Position numbers and translations under genes: made by a program. A model generated the notes under the pieces. The model searched no databases and was not told the DNA's origin. It saw nothing but the letters and a program-made list of their open reading frames with translations. Positions 8,412 through 18,885 of a stretch of 64,000 nucleotides of DNA are shown here, one piece after another. This DNA comes from Deltaproteobacteria bacterium. GTDB taxonomy: Bacteria; Myxococcota_C; UBA6777. Every line of letters starts with the position of its first letter. Position 1 is the first letter of the stretch. The stretch is from NCBI GenBank assembly GCA_006226375.1, contig SBHC01000010.1:112492-176491 (forward strand). The letters run 5' to 3'.

Positions 8412-10003
8412 CGGGCAGGTGGCGGTGTTTTGCGATTGGAAGAGGGCTCCGAGGAGTCTTGGCCCGAAGACGAGGTATTCGCTGTAGGCTCCTTCGGTTT
8501 GGCGGGAACAGGCTCCTTGCGAGGTGCTGAAATGAGGCTGCCTCGTTTCACACTTTTTTGCACCTGCTTCCAAAGTTCCTGAAGGCTTCGACCCAGCATT
8601 TCTGTCGCGCCGGCCAGATAAAAGTGAGCAAACAACTGACGAATGCGGACACGTTCAAAGGCGACCACCGTTCCAGGCCGAAAACGCTGAGCAAAGCCCT
8701 CTCCGTAGGAAACCGAGACGCCCAAGTCAAACGAGATCCGCCACAAACGCAAACCGATGCTTGAGGTTGCTCCAAACATGTGGACCTGCGGCAAGTACGG
8801 AACGCTGCTGGTCTCAGGAATCGCAGGCGCTGACGACAGGTTTGTGAACAGCCCCCAACGGAAAGGAACAAACGGCTTAATTTTGTACTCTCCGCCAAAG
8901 TTAACGTTGAACAGCAGCTGCCGCGTAATTTCCCTTGGGTATTGAAACAGGTCAACCTCTTCTTCCAGATCAACCAGGGTGTACTTCATGGGGGAATGAA
9001 AGACCACGTCCAAGGCAAGCAACAAGCGATCGTTGGGTTTCACTGCGAAGCCAGCCCGGATCTCCCAAGGCAAAGGAGATGTCACCTTAAGACCGCTGGG
9101 TCGTCGGTTAAAGCTGTTGGTCGGTGTTTGCTTTGGATCTCGTGGCACCGAGTAGCGCTGAAGGAAGAAGTTTCCGTCCCCCCACAAACGAATGGACGAG
9201 AAGCTCGCTGACACCCCAAGCCTCCACTTTTCGTTGATTTGGGCGAGGAGTCCCACACGAAAGTTAAACTGACCGACAAAACCCTCCACGCTGCTCGTTA
9301 CGGAATTGGCAGACCCTACCACACAGGTTTGCAGACGAGAGGGTTGGCAATCCGAGAGGGTGTCGTTCTCTGTCAGCATCCAACCAAACGCCCGGTGCGT
9401 GTAAAGCAAGGTAATCCCCAGCGAGATGGGGCCAAAGCGCCGAGAGAGAGTCGGTCCAGCCATAAATGTCTGGTCGTCGCGGTGCAAAATGTATGTAGCT
9501 TCCCGACGGCTGGTGCTCACGGTTTCATCAAACGAGGTCCGAAACCGAATCTGACTTCGGTAAGGCATTAAGATGGAGAATCCGGCTCCCCACACAGGCT
9601 TTCCGGTCTTGTCACGAGGTCCAAAACGGGCGGCAACACCTGCCGTGGATGGAAAGATAATGAACTCCAGGCGCTCCAGGTCGGCCTGCCCTTCTGGACG
9701 GAACAAGCCATCCTTAAGCTTCCGATACTCCAGCCCATAGAGGGTCAAGCCAATTCCGACTTGAAGACCTTCCACAGAGGCAAAACCTGCCGGGTTGTAC
9801 CAGGCGGCGGAGGGGTCGTTGGCGATGGCCGTAAAGGCCCCTCCCATCCCGGTGGCACGTTGCCCCATGATGTAGTTTTGGTAGTGGGTATCCTGTCCCC
9901 ATGCCAGACCGGGACTTCCCCATGCCATCCAAAACAACCCACACAGAAGAACAATGTGTCGCAATGTACCCAATCCAGACGAACAGACCACCAACAACCT
10001 CAT
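8408..10003 (-). CDS. outer-membrane beta-barrel transporter of the FadL/OMPP1/TodX family
   Basis: Signal peptide. Mature N-terminus YQNYIMGQRATGMGGAFTAIANDPSAAWYNPAGFA matches the FadL-family hatch/NPA-type motif. Alternating beta-strand pattern and an aromatic C-terminal region, followed by a Pro/Lys-rich tail. Confidence 0.6.
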   Translation of the reverse strand: MRLLVVCSSGLGTLRHIVLLCGLFWMAWGSPGLAWGQDTHYQNYIMGQRATGMGGAFTAIANDPSAAWYNPAGFASVEGLQVGIGLTLYGLEYRKLKDGLFRPEGQADLERLEFIIFPSTAGVAARFGPRDKTGKPVWGAGFSILMPYRSQIRFRTSFDETVSTSRREATYILHRDDQTFMAGPTLSRRFGPISLGITLLYTHRAFGWMLTENDTLSDCQPSRLQTCVVGSANSVTSSVEGFVGQFNFRVGLLAQINEKWRLGVSASFSSIRLWGDGNFFLQRYSVPRDPKQTPTNSFNRRPSGLKVTSPLPWEIRAGFAVKPNDRLLLALDVVFHSPMKYTLVDLEEEVDLFQYPREITRQLLFNVNFGGEYKIKPFVPFRWGLFTNLSSAPAIPETSSVPYLPQVHMFGATSSIGLRLWRISFDLGVSVSYGEGFAQRFRPGTVVAFERVRIRQLFAHFYLAGATEMLGRSLQELWKQVQKSVKRGSLISAPRKEPVPAKPKEPTANTSSSGQDSSEPSSNRKTPPPAR

Positions 10004-10278
10004 CTCTGTTGCAAAGAGTCACATCCACAAGCTTGCCCAACCTATCGTCGCCATTTCACCGGCAAGGTCAAGATGCTTTCCTTTTGGTAAGACCTTCAAC
10101 CCACCCAAAAGTCTCTTGTGACATGCCCCAACGAACTCGCTTTGCTCTAGCAAGCAAGGATTCTTCTTTGTTATAACACAGGATGTTGAGCACCCGGTGT
10201 TTGACGAGACGTTCACTTGCAAGGTGATCTTCTCACGATTCTAGTTTTCCATGCACAAGGAGGCGAGGTCCAACGCTC

Positions 10279-10782
10279 ATGTCATTGTTGTTTTGTCACG
10301 GATTGGAAAGTGGCCCCCACGGTCGGAAGTATCATGCTCTTTGCGATGCTGGCCTTGCTGTCGAGTCCCCCGACTTTCAGGGAATGGTCCTCGCCGAGAG
10401 GGTCAAGAAGCTTGTCCAGCTTTTACAAGCGCGCCAGGAGCCTCAGTTTTTAGTAGGTTCAAGCTACGGAGGCATCACAGCGGTGCTCGCCTCCATGCAG
10501 TTGGTGGAACAGGGCGTGCCCATCGGCGGAATCCTGCTGCTTGCGCCAGCTCTCTCCATCGATGAACCTCCCGCGTCACAAACCGAATTGCGCGCTGTCG
10601 CTCCCACCACGTTAATTCACGGCCGCCGCGACGACGTTGTGCCTCTCCAGGTCAGCCGAGATTATGCTGCCCAACAAGGCGTGACCTTGATCGAGGTCGA
10701 AGACGACCATCGCCTCGCAGGCTCTCTCGAACGCATCGTTCAAGAAACCCGTCTCCTTCTTCAAGCAAGCTCCGACGCTTAG
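10279..10782 (+). CDS. small alpha/beta-hydrolase fold esterase (YqiA-like)
   Basis: HGLESGPHG at the N-terminus, nucleophile elbow GSSYGG, and acid/His region HGRRDDVVP...EDDHRL. GGAGG RBS upstream of the ATG at 10279. Confidence 0.65.
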   Translation: MSLLFCHGLESGPHGRKYHALCDAGLAVESPDFQGMVLAERVKKLVQLLQARQEPQFLVGSSYGGITAVLASMQLVEQGVPIGGILLLAPALSIDEPPASQTELRAVAPTTLIHGRRDDVVPLQVSRDYAAQQGVTLIEVEDDHRLAGSLERIVQETRLLLQASSDA

Positions 10783-10788
10783 ACGGTA

Positions 10789-12141
10789 TCAATGGGTTTT
10801 GATTCCAGCGTACGATGCAACCAGGTCTGTGAAGACTTTCACGCCCCACTTAAATCCATCGACAGGAATGCGTTCGTCGGCGGCGTGAAACAGGGATGTG
10901 AAGGAGAGATCCTTGGGCAGCTTCAAGGGAGTAAATCCATAACACTGCATTCCCAAGCGGCTGTACGCCTTGGCATCTGTAAAGCCCGGTAGAAGCTGCG
11001 GGATAGGTATCGCGGACGGCTCATACCGCTGCAAGGTTTGGCACATCAATCGATACAAATCGGTGTTGTAATTGGTGGGTTCAATGGGGGGTTGTTCATC
11101 GGACATCGTGAACTCAAGATGGTCACCCACCAACGCTTTGAGCTCCCGCAACAAGTCCTGCCCGGTTTGACCCGGTAAGGTGCGACCGTCCAGAATGGCC
11201 GTTGCCTCGGCGGGGATCACATTCTCTTTGTCACCAGCCCGCACCACCGTGGGCGAGACGGTGTTGTGCAAACAGGCGCGAAGAGGTCCGGATTGCGACT
11301 CAGGGAGAACGTTGAGGAGATAGTCGGCCCATCGCGTCTGAAGCAAGGAGAACGCTTGCTTTGCCCCAAGGGGGAGATGCTCGGAGAGATGCTCCAGGAA
11401 GTCTTGTTGGGATGCTGTGAGATGCAGGGGAAGAGTCTTCCGCCCAATAAGCTCGATCGCTCGGGCCAGTTGAATCACAGCGCTCTTGGGCTTTGGCATC
11501 GAGCCATGTCCCGCATCCCCGCGAGCTTTCATCTCGATACAAACTTGCCCCTTCTCCGCCACCTGAATGGGATAGAAGGTCCGCCCCATGAGATGAAGGG
11601 TAAACCCTCCAATCTCCGTAATCATCGAGCCCGCACGAATCATGTCGGGGTGATGGTCCACGAGCCAGTGAGATCCCATGTGACTGCCGGTTTCCTCGTC
11701 CGCCACTGCAGCGAAGATGATGGTGCGTTTGAGTCGCCCCTTCATCCGGGCGAGGAGCTTCATCGTCCACAGGCACATGATCACCATGTTCTTCATGTCG
11801 ATGGCACCACGTCCCCACAGGTATCCGTCGGAGATCACTCCATCAAAAGGTGGATGAGTCCAGTCCCCTTTGGCCGGGACCACGTCGGTGTGTCCGCTGA
11901 TCAACAGAGGCGCAAGGTCCTCGGAACCTTCCAGGCGTACCACAAGGTTGGCGCGCTCAGGAGCAGACTCCAAGATCACAGGTTCCAGCCCGTCTTCACG
12001 CAGCCTCTCCGCCAGAAAGTCGGCTGCCGCTCGTTCTCGCCCTGGAGGATTGGTGGTGTCAATGCGCAGCAGCTGCTGCAGATCCCGTACAGCTTCTTGC
12101 TGAATCTCAGGCCAATCCAAGTCGCTCCAGTTCAATGACAT
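10789..12141 (-). CDS. M20 family metallopeptidase (ArgE/DapE/CPG2-like)
   Basis: ISGHTDVVPA, DMKNMVIMC..., AVADEETGSHMGSHWL and EKGQVCIEMKARGDAGHGSMP are the metal-binding His/Asp/Glu motifs of M20. GGGGGAAG RBS. Confidence 0.8.
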   Translation of the reverse strand: MSLNWSDLDWPEIQQEAVRDLQQLLRIDTTNPPGRERAAADFLAERLREDGLEPVILESAPERANLVVRLEGSEDLAPLLISGHTDVVPAKGDWTHPPFDGVISDGYLWGRGAIDMKNMVIMCLWTMKLLARMKGRLKRTIIFAAVADEETGSHMGSHWLVDHHPDMIRAGSMITEIGGFTLHLMGRTFYPIQVAEKGQVCIEMKARGDAGHGSMPKPKSAVIQLARAIELIGRKTLPLHLTASQQDFLEHLSEHLPLGAKQAFSLLQTRWADYLLNVLPESQSGPLRACLHNTVSPTVVRAGDKENVIPAEATAILDGRTLPGQTGQDLLRELKALVGDHLEFTMSDEQPPIEPTNYNTDLYRLMCQTLQRYEPSAIPIPQLLPGFTDAKAYSRLGMQCYGFTPLKLPKDLSFTSLFHAADERIPVDGFKWGVKVFTDLVASYAGIKTH

Positions 12142-12186
12142 ACTTCCCCCTAATGCCTGCAGTACACGAGCACCAGCAAGTGGTGG

Positions 12187-12720
12187 TTATGGGATGGTTT
12201 TGGATTTTCGCATCAACAAGGTTGGCGCTTTGCGTGGTGCAGGACGAGATTTTTCTTTGAGCGTCTTGGCGGGTTTGTCTTTGGACACCCCCACATAGAA
12301 CCAGTACCCAGCGTTGGCGACCCAACGCTGGTGGAAGACCACACGCTGCAAGGACGACGAGGAGGCAAGATAACGGTTGTGTACCACAAGCACCAAAGCC
12401 TTCTCTCCACCTTTTTCGATGGTGATATCGCGAATGTCGGTCGCAGTGATATTCACGTGGCCGCGCTCCTGCTCCCACTTCACCATATACGCTTTGCGCA
12501 AGGCTGGAGCGACCAGAAACTTGGCTCGACGGTACGCCCGCCACCGCAAGAACTGATTAAACAATTTGGCGCGTTCCGCCAACTGACTCTTGGGAGCGAT
12601 GATCGAAGGCTTGTTGTCATTCTTGGTGTTGTGGCATCCCCACAACGAAGCCATGAGAATACCCAGCACACACCATCGCAAACACGTAGCAAACAACCCA
12701 AAGTCTCCTTCTTCACGCAA
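12187..12720 (-). CDS. hypothetical lipoprotein
   Basis: Lipobox LWGC after a hydrophobic segment. TTG at 12720 or ATG at 12654; start uncertain. Confidence 0.4.
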   Translation of the reverse strand: MREEGDFGLFATCLRWCVLGILMASLWGCHNTKNDNKPSIIAPKSQLAERAKLFNQFLRWRAYRRAKFLVAPALRKAYMVKWEQERGHVNITATDIRDITIEKGGEKALVLVVHNRYLASSSSLQRVVFHQRWVANAGYWFYVGVSKDKPAKTLKEKSRPAPRKAPTLLMRKSKTIP

Positions 12721-12982
12721 ACAATCGCGGCGACCGGTTTAAGGTCCCGCTTTTCTTGCACTATAGCGATAGAACTTCCCACAAGTCAAAGAATACCGGC
12801 TCTACCTCCACAACGCATCGGATTTGATGCCAAAAACAAAGAGGGGATAAATCAACGCTGTTCAAGACACTTCCTAGGAGAAAGGCCTCCGGTGCTTCCC
12901 AGAATCCCCAACGGTGTCTATGATAAGGATTCGGGTGTCCTCCAAGCCATGGACCCTGTGACCAAGAAAGGAAACCAACTTC

Positions 12983-13282
12983 ATGCGACGTTTGTGGATT
13001 GTTTTGTTTGCTCTGGGTATCTGCTTGGGCCTGACGATGGCCTGCAGCAGCGCCAAAGATGTTTGTCCCTCCATCCTCGACGAAGAATCAGACAACAGCC
13101 GCTGCTGTGAAGCGCTCAAATTCTGTTGCGACAATCTCTCCGGCAACGACGAAGAAATCAAAGAAGCCAAAACAGAGTGTGCTAAGTTTGTAAACGGTTC
13201 GGACGTCTCCTGCAAAAGCCAGTACCATTCGTTTCTGTCGTTTGGTCGTTGCAAGCCTTTGGAAGAAGCCTCCTCCAACTGA
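12983..13282 (+). CDS. small Cys-rich lipoprotein (99 aa)
   Basis: ATG at 12983 with an AAAGGAAA RBS. Lipoprotein signal LGICLGLTMAC. 10 Cys in the mature part. Confidence 0.55.
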   Translation: MRRLWIVLFALGICLGLTMACSSAKDVCPSILDEESDNSRCCEALKFCCDNLSGNDEEIKEAKTECAKFVNGSDVSCKSQYHSFLSFGRCKPLEEASSN

Positions 13283-13363
13283 TCCGCCTTCCCACAGACG
13301 CACCTCCTCCTCAGGATGTTTCCGACCCAAGACAAGAAGCGTGCAACCTTGAGAACAGGATGG

Positions 13364-14941
13364 TTAGATTTCGGAGAAACGTCGAGAGGGGATGTAGAAG
13401 CCTACTGCGAGGACGATGGCAAGAATCAGCCAGAAGTGCTCAGGCCGAAACACAAACAAGAAAGGCAACGCCAGGAACGTCAGGGCGAGAAACCAAAACG
13501 AACGATCCAGGACGACGATCAGGCAAGCAAACAACAGCGCCGCAAACAGCAAGCCAAAAGGCACAAGGTGACGCCACTCAAGACCCAGCATCATTTTTGT
13601 AGGCAGAAGTGAATGCAACACCACAAACACCCCGGCGATCCCAAGAACAACGAGCAAGATACCAAAGGATTGGCGCTCCACGTTGGTGAGAGGTCCGTAG
13701 CCAAAGGCGCGGAGAACCAGCACCACCAAAAACATCAGGCTCAGCCCACCTCCCCACAGCCACCACAGCGACGTGGGGTTGTCCTGGCCGCTGAATGTGA
13801 GCAAGTGAGAAGACACACAGAGCGTCAGCCACAACAGCGCATGCCACCGAAGAATCTGTCCCCAACGTTCCATCAACTCGGGGTCACAGAGCCGGGCGGG
13901 TGAAGACGACGTGCCCAAAGTCTGACGAAGCATCACCTTGCCACCAAGCCGGATCTCCTGACCGCTGAGAAAGGAGTTGAGATCTTCAGCCAACGCCTCT
14001 CCGGATGGGTAGCGATGTTTGGGCTCTTTCTCCAGACACTTCAAGCAGATCGTCTCCAGAGCCTTGGGAATGTTAGGCTGGTGAGCCCGTGGAGAACGCG
14101 GAGGATTGTTAATCACCTTGCGCAAGGTGTCGTAGGGAGAGTCTCCCTGGAATGGGGGCACACCTGTGAGGAGTTCGTAGAGGACTGCGCCCAAGGAATA
14201 CACGTCGCAGGTTGGACCCAACGAGTCGCTTTTTCCACCGACCTGCTCAGGCGGCATATATCCAGGCGTTCCCAGCAACATCCCCGTGGTTGTCACGGAG
14301 CTGGGCCCCGATTGTAACTTCGCAACGCCAAAGTCTGTGATGTAAAGTTGACCGTTGGTGTCGATCATAATGTTGGAAGGTTTGAGGTCGCGGTGAAGGA
14401 TCCCTTGTCGGTGCACATAATCCATCGTACGCGCAATCACCATGATGATTCGGCTTGCGGTGATGGGCGCCAGTGGCTTTTCTTCCACCAACTCCGATAG
14501 CTCGATACCATCCACATAATCCATGACCATGTAGTGGTAATTGTTGATGTCCCCGACCTCCCGGATTTTCACCAGGTTGGAGTGCTCCAGGCTGGCTGCC
14601 GCCTTGGCCTCCACGTAAAATCGCAGGAGACGCTGTTCATCAGCGAGGTACTGTGGGGATAGCACCTTGATGGCCACAATCGAGTTGTCTCGGGTGTCTT
14701 TGGCTTTAAAGACACGACCCGTTCCGCCCCTTCCAAGAAAGCTGAGCAATTCGTAAGGCCCTAAGCTTCTCATGTCCTCGGGGACAGAAGCCGAATCCTC
14801 TTCACTATCGTCCTGATGGAGGTGCTTCCCTTTCGCCGCACGCTCCCTTGCTAGCTCCCGGAGCTTTTGAGGATCGATCTCATTTTCGCTAAGCACTTCC
14901 TGAAGACGTTGTCTCCAAGCGTCTGTATCTCGTTCGGTCAT
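13364..14941 (-). CDS. Ser/Thr protein kinase (Hanks-type) with a multi-pass C-terminal membrane domain
   Basis: GRGGTGRVFKAK, VAIK, HRDLKPSNIM, DFG and TPGYMPPE. The C-terminal approximately 170 aa form 4-5 TM helices. Start is ATG at 14941 or TTG at 15010. Confidence 0.8.
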   Translation of the reverse strand: MTERDTDAWRQRLQEVLSENEIDPQKLRELARERAAKGKHLHQDDSEEDSASVPEDMRSLGPYELLSFLGRGGTGRVFKAKDTRDNSIVAIKVLSPQYLADEQRLLRFYVEAKAAASLEHSNLVKIREVGDINNYHYMVMDYVDGIELSELVEEKPLAPITASRIIMVIARTMDYVHRQGILHRDLKPSNIMIDTNGQLYITDFGVAKLQSGPSSVTTTGMLLGTPGYMPPEQVGGKSDSLGPTCDVYSLGAVLYELLTGVPPFQGDSPYDTLRKVINNPPRSPRAHQPNIPKALETICLKCLEKEPKHRYPSGEALAEDLNSFLSGQEIRLGGKVMLRQTLGTSSSPARLCDPELMERWGQILRWHALLWLTLCVSSHLLTFSGQDNPTSLWWLWGGGLSLMFLVVLVLRAFGYGPLTNVERQSFGILLVVLGIAGVFVVLHSLLPTKMMLGLEWRHLVPFGLLFAALLFACLIVVLDRSFWFLALTFLALPFLFVFRPEHFWLILAIVLAVGFYIPSRRFSEI

Positions 14942-15096
14942 CAGTATCACTCGTTTGCCCCAGAAATCCGAAAAGATGGGACTATCGTAAACAGGAGGAA
15001 CCCTCTCCAAACAAGAGGAAGAACCTGCACATCACTGCATGTCACCTTAATGGATCGGATGTCGCGTCATCAAAAAAAATGCAAACATTTGCAGCA

Positions 15097-15125
15097 CTTG
15101 ACAAAACAGAGCAAGACAAGATACT
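15097..15125 (+). promoter_or_regulatory. candidate sigma-70 promoter for the amylase gene (TTGACA-17-ATACTT), preceded by the palindrome TGCAAACATTTGCA
   Basis: TTGACA at 15097-15102, a 17-nt spacer, then ATACTT at 15120-15125. A 14-bp palindrome lies at 15079-15092. Confidence 0.3.
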
Positions 15126-15260
15126 TCACCCAACCCGCCTACGATTCGGAGCAAACCACAGCGTCCATGGAACCCACAAGAACGACCCAATGGGTACAAC
15201 GTTAGGGCACGAATCGACACGTGCACAGGTGAGGGACTGTACGAACATAGGAGCATGGTG

Positions 15261-17753
15261 ATGTGGCGACAAAGAGGACAACACTCTCAACGTTTGGCTT
15301 TTGTTGTTTGGGTGGTTGTGTGTTTGGTAAGCTTTGGCACATACTCAGCCTGTGACGGGGTTCTTGGGGAAGGCAACACCAACAAAAGCGAAGTTGCTGG
15401 AGAAGCCCCACCAAGCTCAACCGAACCGAACGGTCAAGAGCCAACGGCAAGACAGGAGCCCCCTCAGGAGCGTTCAAACCCAGAGCCATCCTCAGGACCC
15501 GAGTCCAACAACCAGGAAGGAAGCTCCGAGCCAGGGCAAGAGCCAACATCGACACCCGAAGACGCAGGAACCAACATACCTGAGAGCAACACCCAAGACA
15601 GCGCTCCCAACGACACAACCCCTCCACCTGACAGCACCACGCCACCGAAGAAATGCGGCGACACCACCTTCCGTTACGACGCCCAAGGACAAACCGTATC
15701 TGCGGTACACGTAGCTGGCTCCTTCAACGGCTGGAACCCACAAGCCGACGCCATGACCAACACACAAGGTTCAATCTGGGAGGTGACATTGACCTTGCCC
15801 GAAGGTGACCACCAGTACAAGTTTGTGGTGGATGGCAACTGGATCAATGACCCCAGCAACAACAACAAAGCCCCGGACGGCCTCGGCGGGTTCAACAACA
15901 CACTCACCGTAGGACCCTGCAACGACCCAAGCATCCAAGTCGCCTCACACAGCACACAAGGCAGCACGTTCACAGCGACGCTGAACTTTGTGCCTGGAGT
16001 TTCAGGAGCCGGGCTGGGAGGCAAACCAACAGTCACCGTCGATCGCCAGGCTGCTCCAGCAGGATCTGTCACAGTCAATGGCAACACCATCACGCTCAAG
16101 CTCTCAAACCTACCCAAAGGGATTCACGACGTTCGAGTAGACGCCCAAGACAGCCAGGGAGCAGCAACCTCACAGAAGCTCCTCAAAGTGTACGTCGGCA
16201 TCTCCAAAGACTGGCGCGATGTTGCCCTGTACTTCGTCATGATCGACCGCTTCGTCAACGCCGACACCAGCAACGACAACCCATACAGCAACACCCCCAA
16301 GCTGCTCAACTACATGGGAGGAGACTTCCGCGGCTTGTCCCAAAAGATCGACGACGGCTACTTCGACAAGCTCGGCATCAACGCCCTCTGGATCACGTGG
16401 CCCATCGACAACCCCAATCATCCGGAGAAAGGCTCCTACCCCAAAGGCCAAGGATGCGGTCTCAGCAGCAAGTCAACCAACCTGCAGTGGACCAACACCA
16501 ACTACACAGGATTCCATGGCTACTGGCCTGCAGACATCAACAAAGTGGAGGAACACTTTGGAACCCTCAAGGACCTCCAAGACCTCGTCGACAAAGCTCA
16601 CAAGCGAGGCATCCGCATTCTCTTGGACTTTACGGTCAACCACGTCCACTCGGACTCCGCGCTGTGGACGCAAGGCAAAGACAAAGGCTACTTCAACACA
16701 CCGGCCAAGATCTGCAACGATGTAGGCTGGGACAACTTCCCCATCGTTTGCTGGTTTGTGAGCTATCTGCCTGACATCAACTACAACAACCCAACCATCT
16801 CCAAAATTATGCTGGATCATGTGGTGGATTGGGTCAAAAAGACCGGCGCAGATGGTCTCAGGATTGACGCTCTAAAACACATCGAACAATCCTTCATCCG
16901 TGCCATACGCAAGCGGACCACCGCAGAGTTTGAAGGAACAGGCGTCGACTTCTACATGGTGGGCGAGACCTTCACAGGGGACACAGGCCTCATCAAAAAG
17001 TACGTGGGTCAGGATCAGGTCCATGGACAGTTTGACTTCCCCTTGAACATGCAGATTCTACAAGGCTTTGCGACCGGTCAAAACGGGCTCAACAATGTCC
17101 ACAACAGCGCCAAGGGCATCATGAACACCTACGGCAGCGGCGCGTTGATGTCGACCTTTGTCGGCAACCATGACATCGCTCGTTTCATCAGCTTGGCCAA
17201 CGGCGACACTTGCGGCCCCTGGGATGTGTTCAGCAACCAGGTGCGAGGTTGGACCACCCCACCTGGAACACCCAGTCAAGTCACCCCCTACAACAAGCTG
17301 AAGCTGGCGTTTGCTTACATCTTCTCCTTGCCCGGCATTCCCCTCGTATACTACGGCGACGAGTTTGGCATGCCCGGAGCTGGAGACCCCGACAACCGCC
17401 GGATGATGCGCTTTGGAAGCCAGCTTAACAGCAACGAGCAAAGCACCCTCAGCTTTATGGAGAAGTTGGGCAAGGCCCGACAAGACTATGAGGTCCTTCG
17501 ACGTGGTGCCATAGGTCCGACCCATGTGGCCGAACGCGATGTACTGGTGTTCTCGCGAACTCACTCCAGCGGAGCCGCTATTGTTGTCCTGAACCGGGGA
17601 AGTTCACGCAACCTCTCGTTTGGCGTTGGAAGTATCGGCCTGAGCAACGGCACAATGTTGAAGAATGTATTGGGCAGCAACAGCGTTACGGTCTCCAACA
17701 ACAACGTCTCCATCCAGATCCCTGCGCAAACCGCCGCGATCTATGTGAAATAA
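15261..17753 (+). CDS. secreted GH13 alpha-amylase family glycosidase with an N-terminal CBM48/E-set glycogen-binding module and Pro/Ser/Thr linker (lipoprotein)
   Basis: GH13 regions I-IV: GIRILLDFTVNHVH, DGLRIDALKHI, YMVGETF, FVGNHDIARF. CBM48-like VHVAGSFNGWN...DHQYKFVVDGNWINDP. Lipobox FGTYSAC. AGGAG RBS best positioned for the ATG at 15261. Confidence 0.85.
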   Translation: MWRQRGQHSQRLAFVVWVVVCLVSFGTYSACDGVLGEGNTNKSEVAGEAPPSSTEPNGQEPTARQEPPQERSNPEPSSGPESNNQEGSSEPGQEPTSTPEDAGTNIPESNTQDSAPNDTTPPPDSTTPPKKCGDTTFRYDAQGQTVSAVHVAGSFNGWNPQADAMTNTQGSIWEVTLTLPEGDHQYKFVVDGNWINDPSNNNKAPDGLGGFNNTLTVGPCNDPSIQVASHSTQGSTFTATLNFVPGVSGAGLGGKPTVTVDRQAAPAGSVTVNGNTITLKLSNLPKGIHDVRVDAQDSQGAATSQKLLKVYVGISKDWRDVALYFVMIDRFVNADTSNDNPYSNTPKLLNYMGGDFRGLSQKIDDGYFDKLGINALWITWPIDNPNHPEKGSYPKGQGCGLSSKSTNLQWTNTNYTGFHGYWPADINKVEEHFGTLKDLQDLVDKAHKRGIRILLDFTVNHVHSDSALWTQGKDKGYFNTPAKICNDVGWDNFPIVCWFVSYLPDINYNNPTISKIMLDHVVDWVKKTGADGLRIDALKHIEQSFIRAIRKRTTAEFEGTGVDFYMVGETFTGDTGLIKKYVGQDQVHGQFDFPLNMQILQGFATGQNGLNNVHNSAKGIMNTYGSGALMSTFVGNHDIARFISLANGDTCGPWDVFSNQVRGWTTPPGTPSQVTPYNKLKLAFAYIFSLPGIPLVYYGDEFGMPGAGDPDNRRMMRFGSQLNSNEQSTLSFMEKLGKARQDYEVLRRGAIGPTHVAERDVLVFSRTHSSGAAIVVLNRGSSRNLSFGVGSIGLSNGTMLKNVLGSNSVTVSNNNVSIQIPAQTAAIYVK

Positions 17754-18305
17754 TTATTTGGCGTACTTGCTCTTGGCCCTTGTTTTGCATTGATTGACGA
17801 GGGTTTGGTAGGCCTGAAAGCAAAGCTGGTCGTGGACCCGGTACAGCTTGCGGCATCGCACACGACAAGGGTGATGGATCGGACAATCGGCAGCACAGGC
17901 CCGTCGACAGGCTCTTCGACTTCGAGCGGTCCGACCGATGCATTGTCGATAGTTCCCAGCAGCCAAAGCCACACAGCTACCCGCTTCACCGAGGTTGCCT
18001 TGTTGGTGTCGTCTGGGGTTTTTGCGACAGGCCCGACGCAGCTTTCTGTACTGGCGACGGCAGGTCACCTTTTGGCGTCGTAACAGGCGATGGCAACGCA
18101 CCACACAACCCCCGACGTCGCGAGGAAGCTTGCGGCACGAACGACGGCATTGAGCCACCGTCTTGTCTGCTTTGTTCATGCATTTGTTGTAGGTTTGGAG
18201 AGTCCAACGCCTGCATTGTTTTCGCAACGTCCGCACCGACGGCTTGGCGAACACAGCGGAAGACATTCCCAGTAGCAGGGTTATGGAAAGTAGCCACCCT
18301 CTCAT
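17754..18305 (-). CDS. secreted highly basic Arg/Cys-rich protein (hypothetical)
   Basis: ATG at 18305 with an AGGGGAG RBS. Signal peptide MRGWLLSITLLLGMSSAVFA. Mature part has about 20 Cys and about 45 Arg/Lys, e.g. CRRSCRKLPRDVGGCVVRCHRLLRRQKVTCRRQYRKLRRACRK. Confidence 0.5.
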   Translation of the reverse strand: MRGWLLSITLLLGMSSAVFAKPSVRTLRKQCRRWTLQTYNKCMNKADKTVAQCRRSCRKLPRDVGGCVVRCHRLLRRQKVTCRRQYRKLRRACRKNPRRHQQGNLGEAGSCVALAAGNYRQCIGRTARSRRACRRACAADCPIHHPCRVRCRKLYRVHDQLCFQAYQTLVNQCKTRAKSKYAK

Positions 18306-18528
18306 TGTTTCTCCCCTTTTGCGCTTGCAGTAGCGTCTCATGTCGGTCCAATTCATCCGGCAAAACCAGAACCCCAACATTGCCTTCTTCATTCCAGGCT
18401 TGGGTTGACAAGCCCGTCAAACCCACGTATTTCATGGTAGTCATGGTTTGCACTGGAATGCAAGCCTAGGCATCAGAGTTCACAGCCTCTTCTCGTTCCT
18501 TCCTATTCTTTTTCAGAGAGACACATGA

Positions 18529-18864
18529 ATGAGATGGATTAATGTATTGGCAATTGTTGGCCTGAGCGGCCTGGTCGTGTGGATGCTTCCACCGTTGCAG
18601 GCAGAATCGCCACCATCCAAGAAGGTGGAAGCGCGCGCCAAAGCCCGAACAACACCCTCCGTTGCTCGCAAGACCCAAGCACCCAAGCTCCGCAACGTGC
18701 GCCGCCCCAAAACGGCAAGACCGATCCCTGTCATTCGATTGGTCCCAACCCAAGGCCGCAAAGGAGCACCCAACAAACGAGGGGCGACCCCGAACAAGAA
18801 AGGGGCCAAACAACGTCGAATCATCGACTGTTCGATGATCCTTCTCATCTCGGGCATGACGTGA
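18529..18864 (+). CDS. hypothetical secreted basic protein
   Basis: Signal peptide MRWINVLAIVGLSGLVVWMLPPLQA, then a Lys/Arg/Pro-rich body. Ends at a TGA that is in frame with the next ORF. Confidence 0.35.
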   Translation: MRWINVLAIVGLSGLVVWMLPPLQAESPPSKKVEARAKARTTPSVARKTQAPKLRNVRRPKTARPIPVIRLVPTQGRKGAPNKRGATPNKKGAKQRRIIDCSMILLISGMT

Positions 18865-18885
18865 AGTGGCAGTTGCCCTACGCGC

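Noticed and set aside
11266-12138. 290-aa plus-strand ORF antisense to the M20 peptidase
   Set aside because: M20 motifs are unambiguous on the minus strand.
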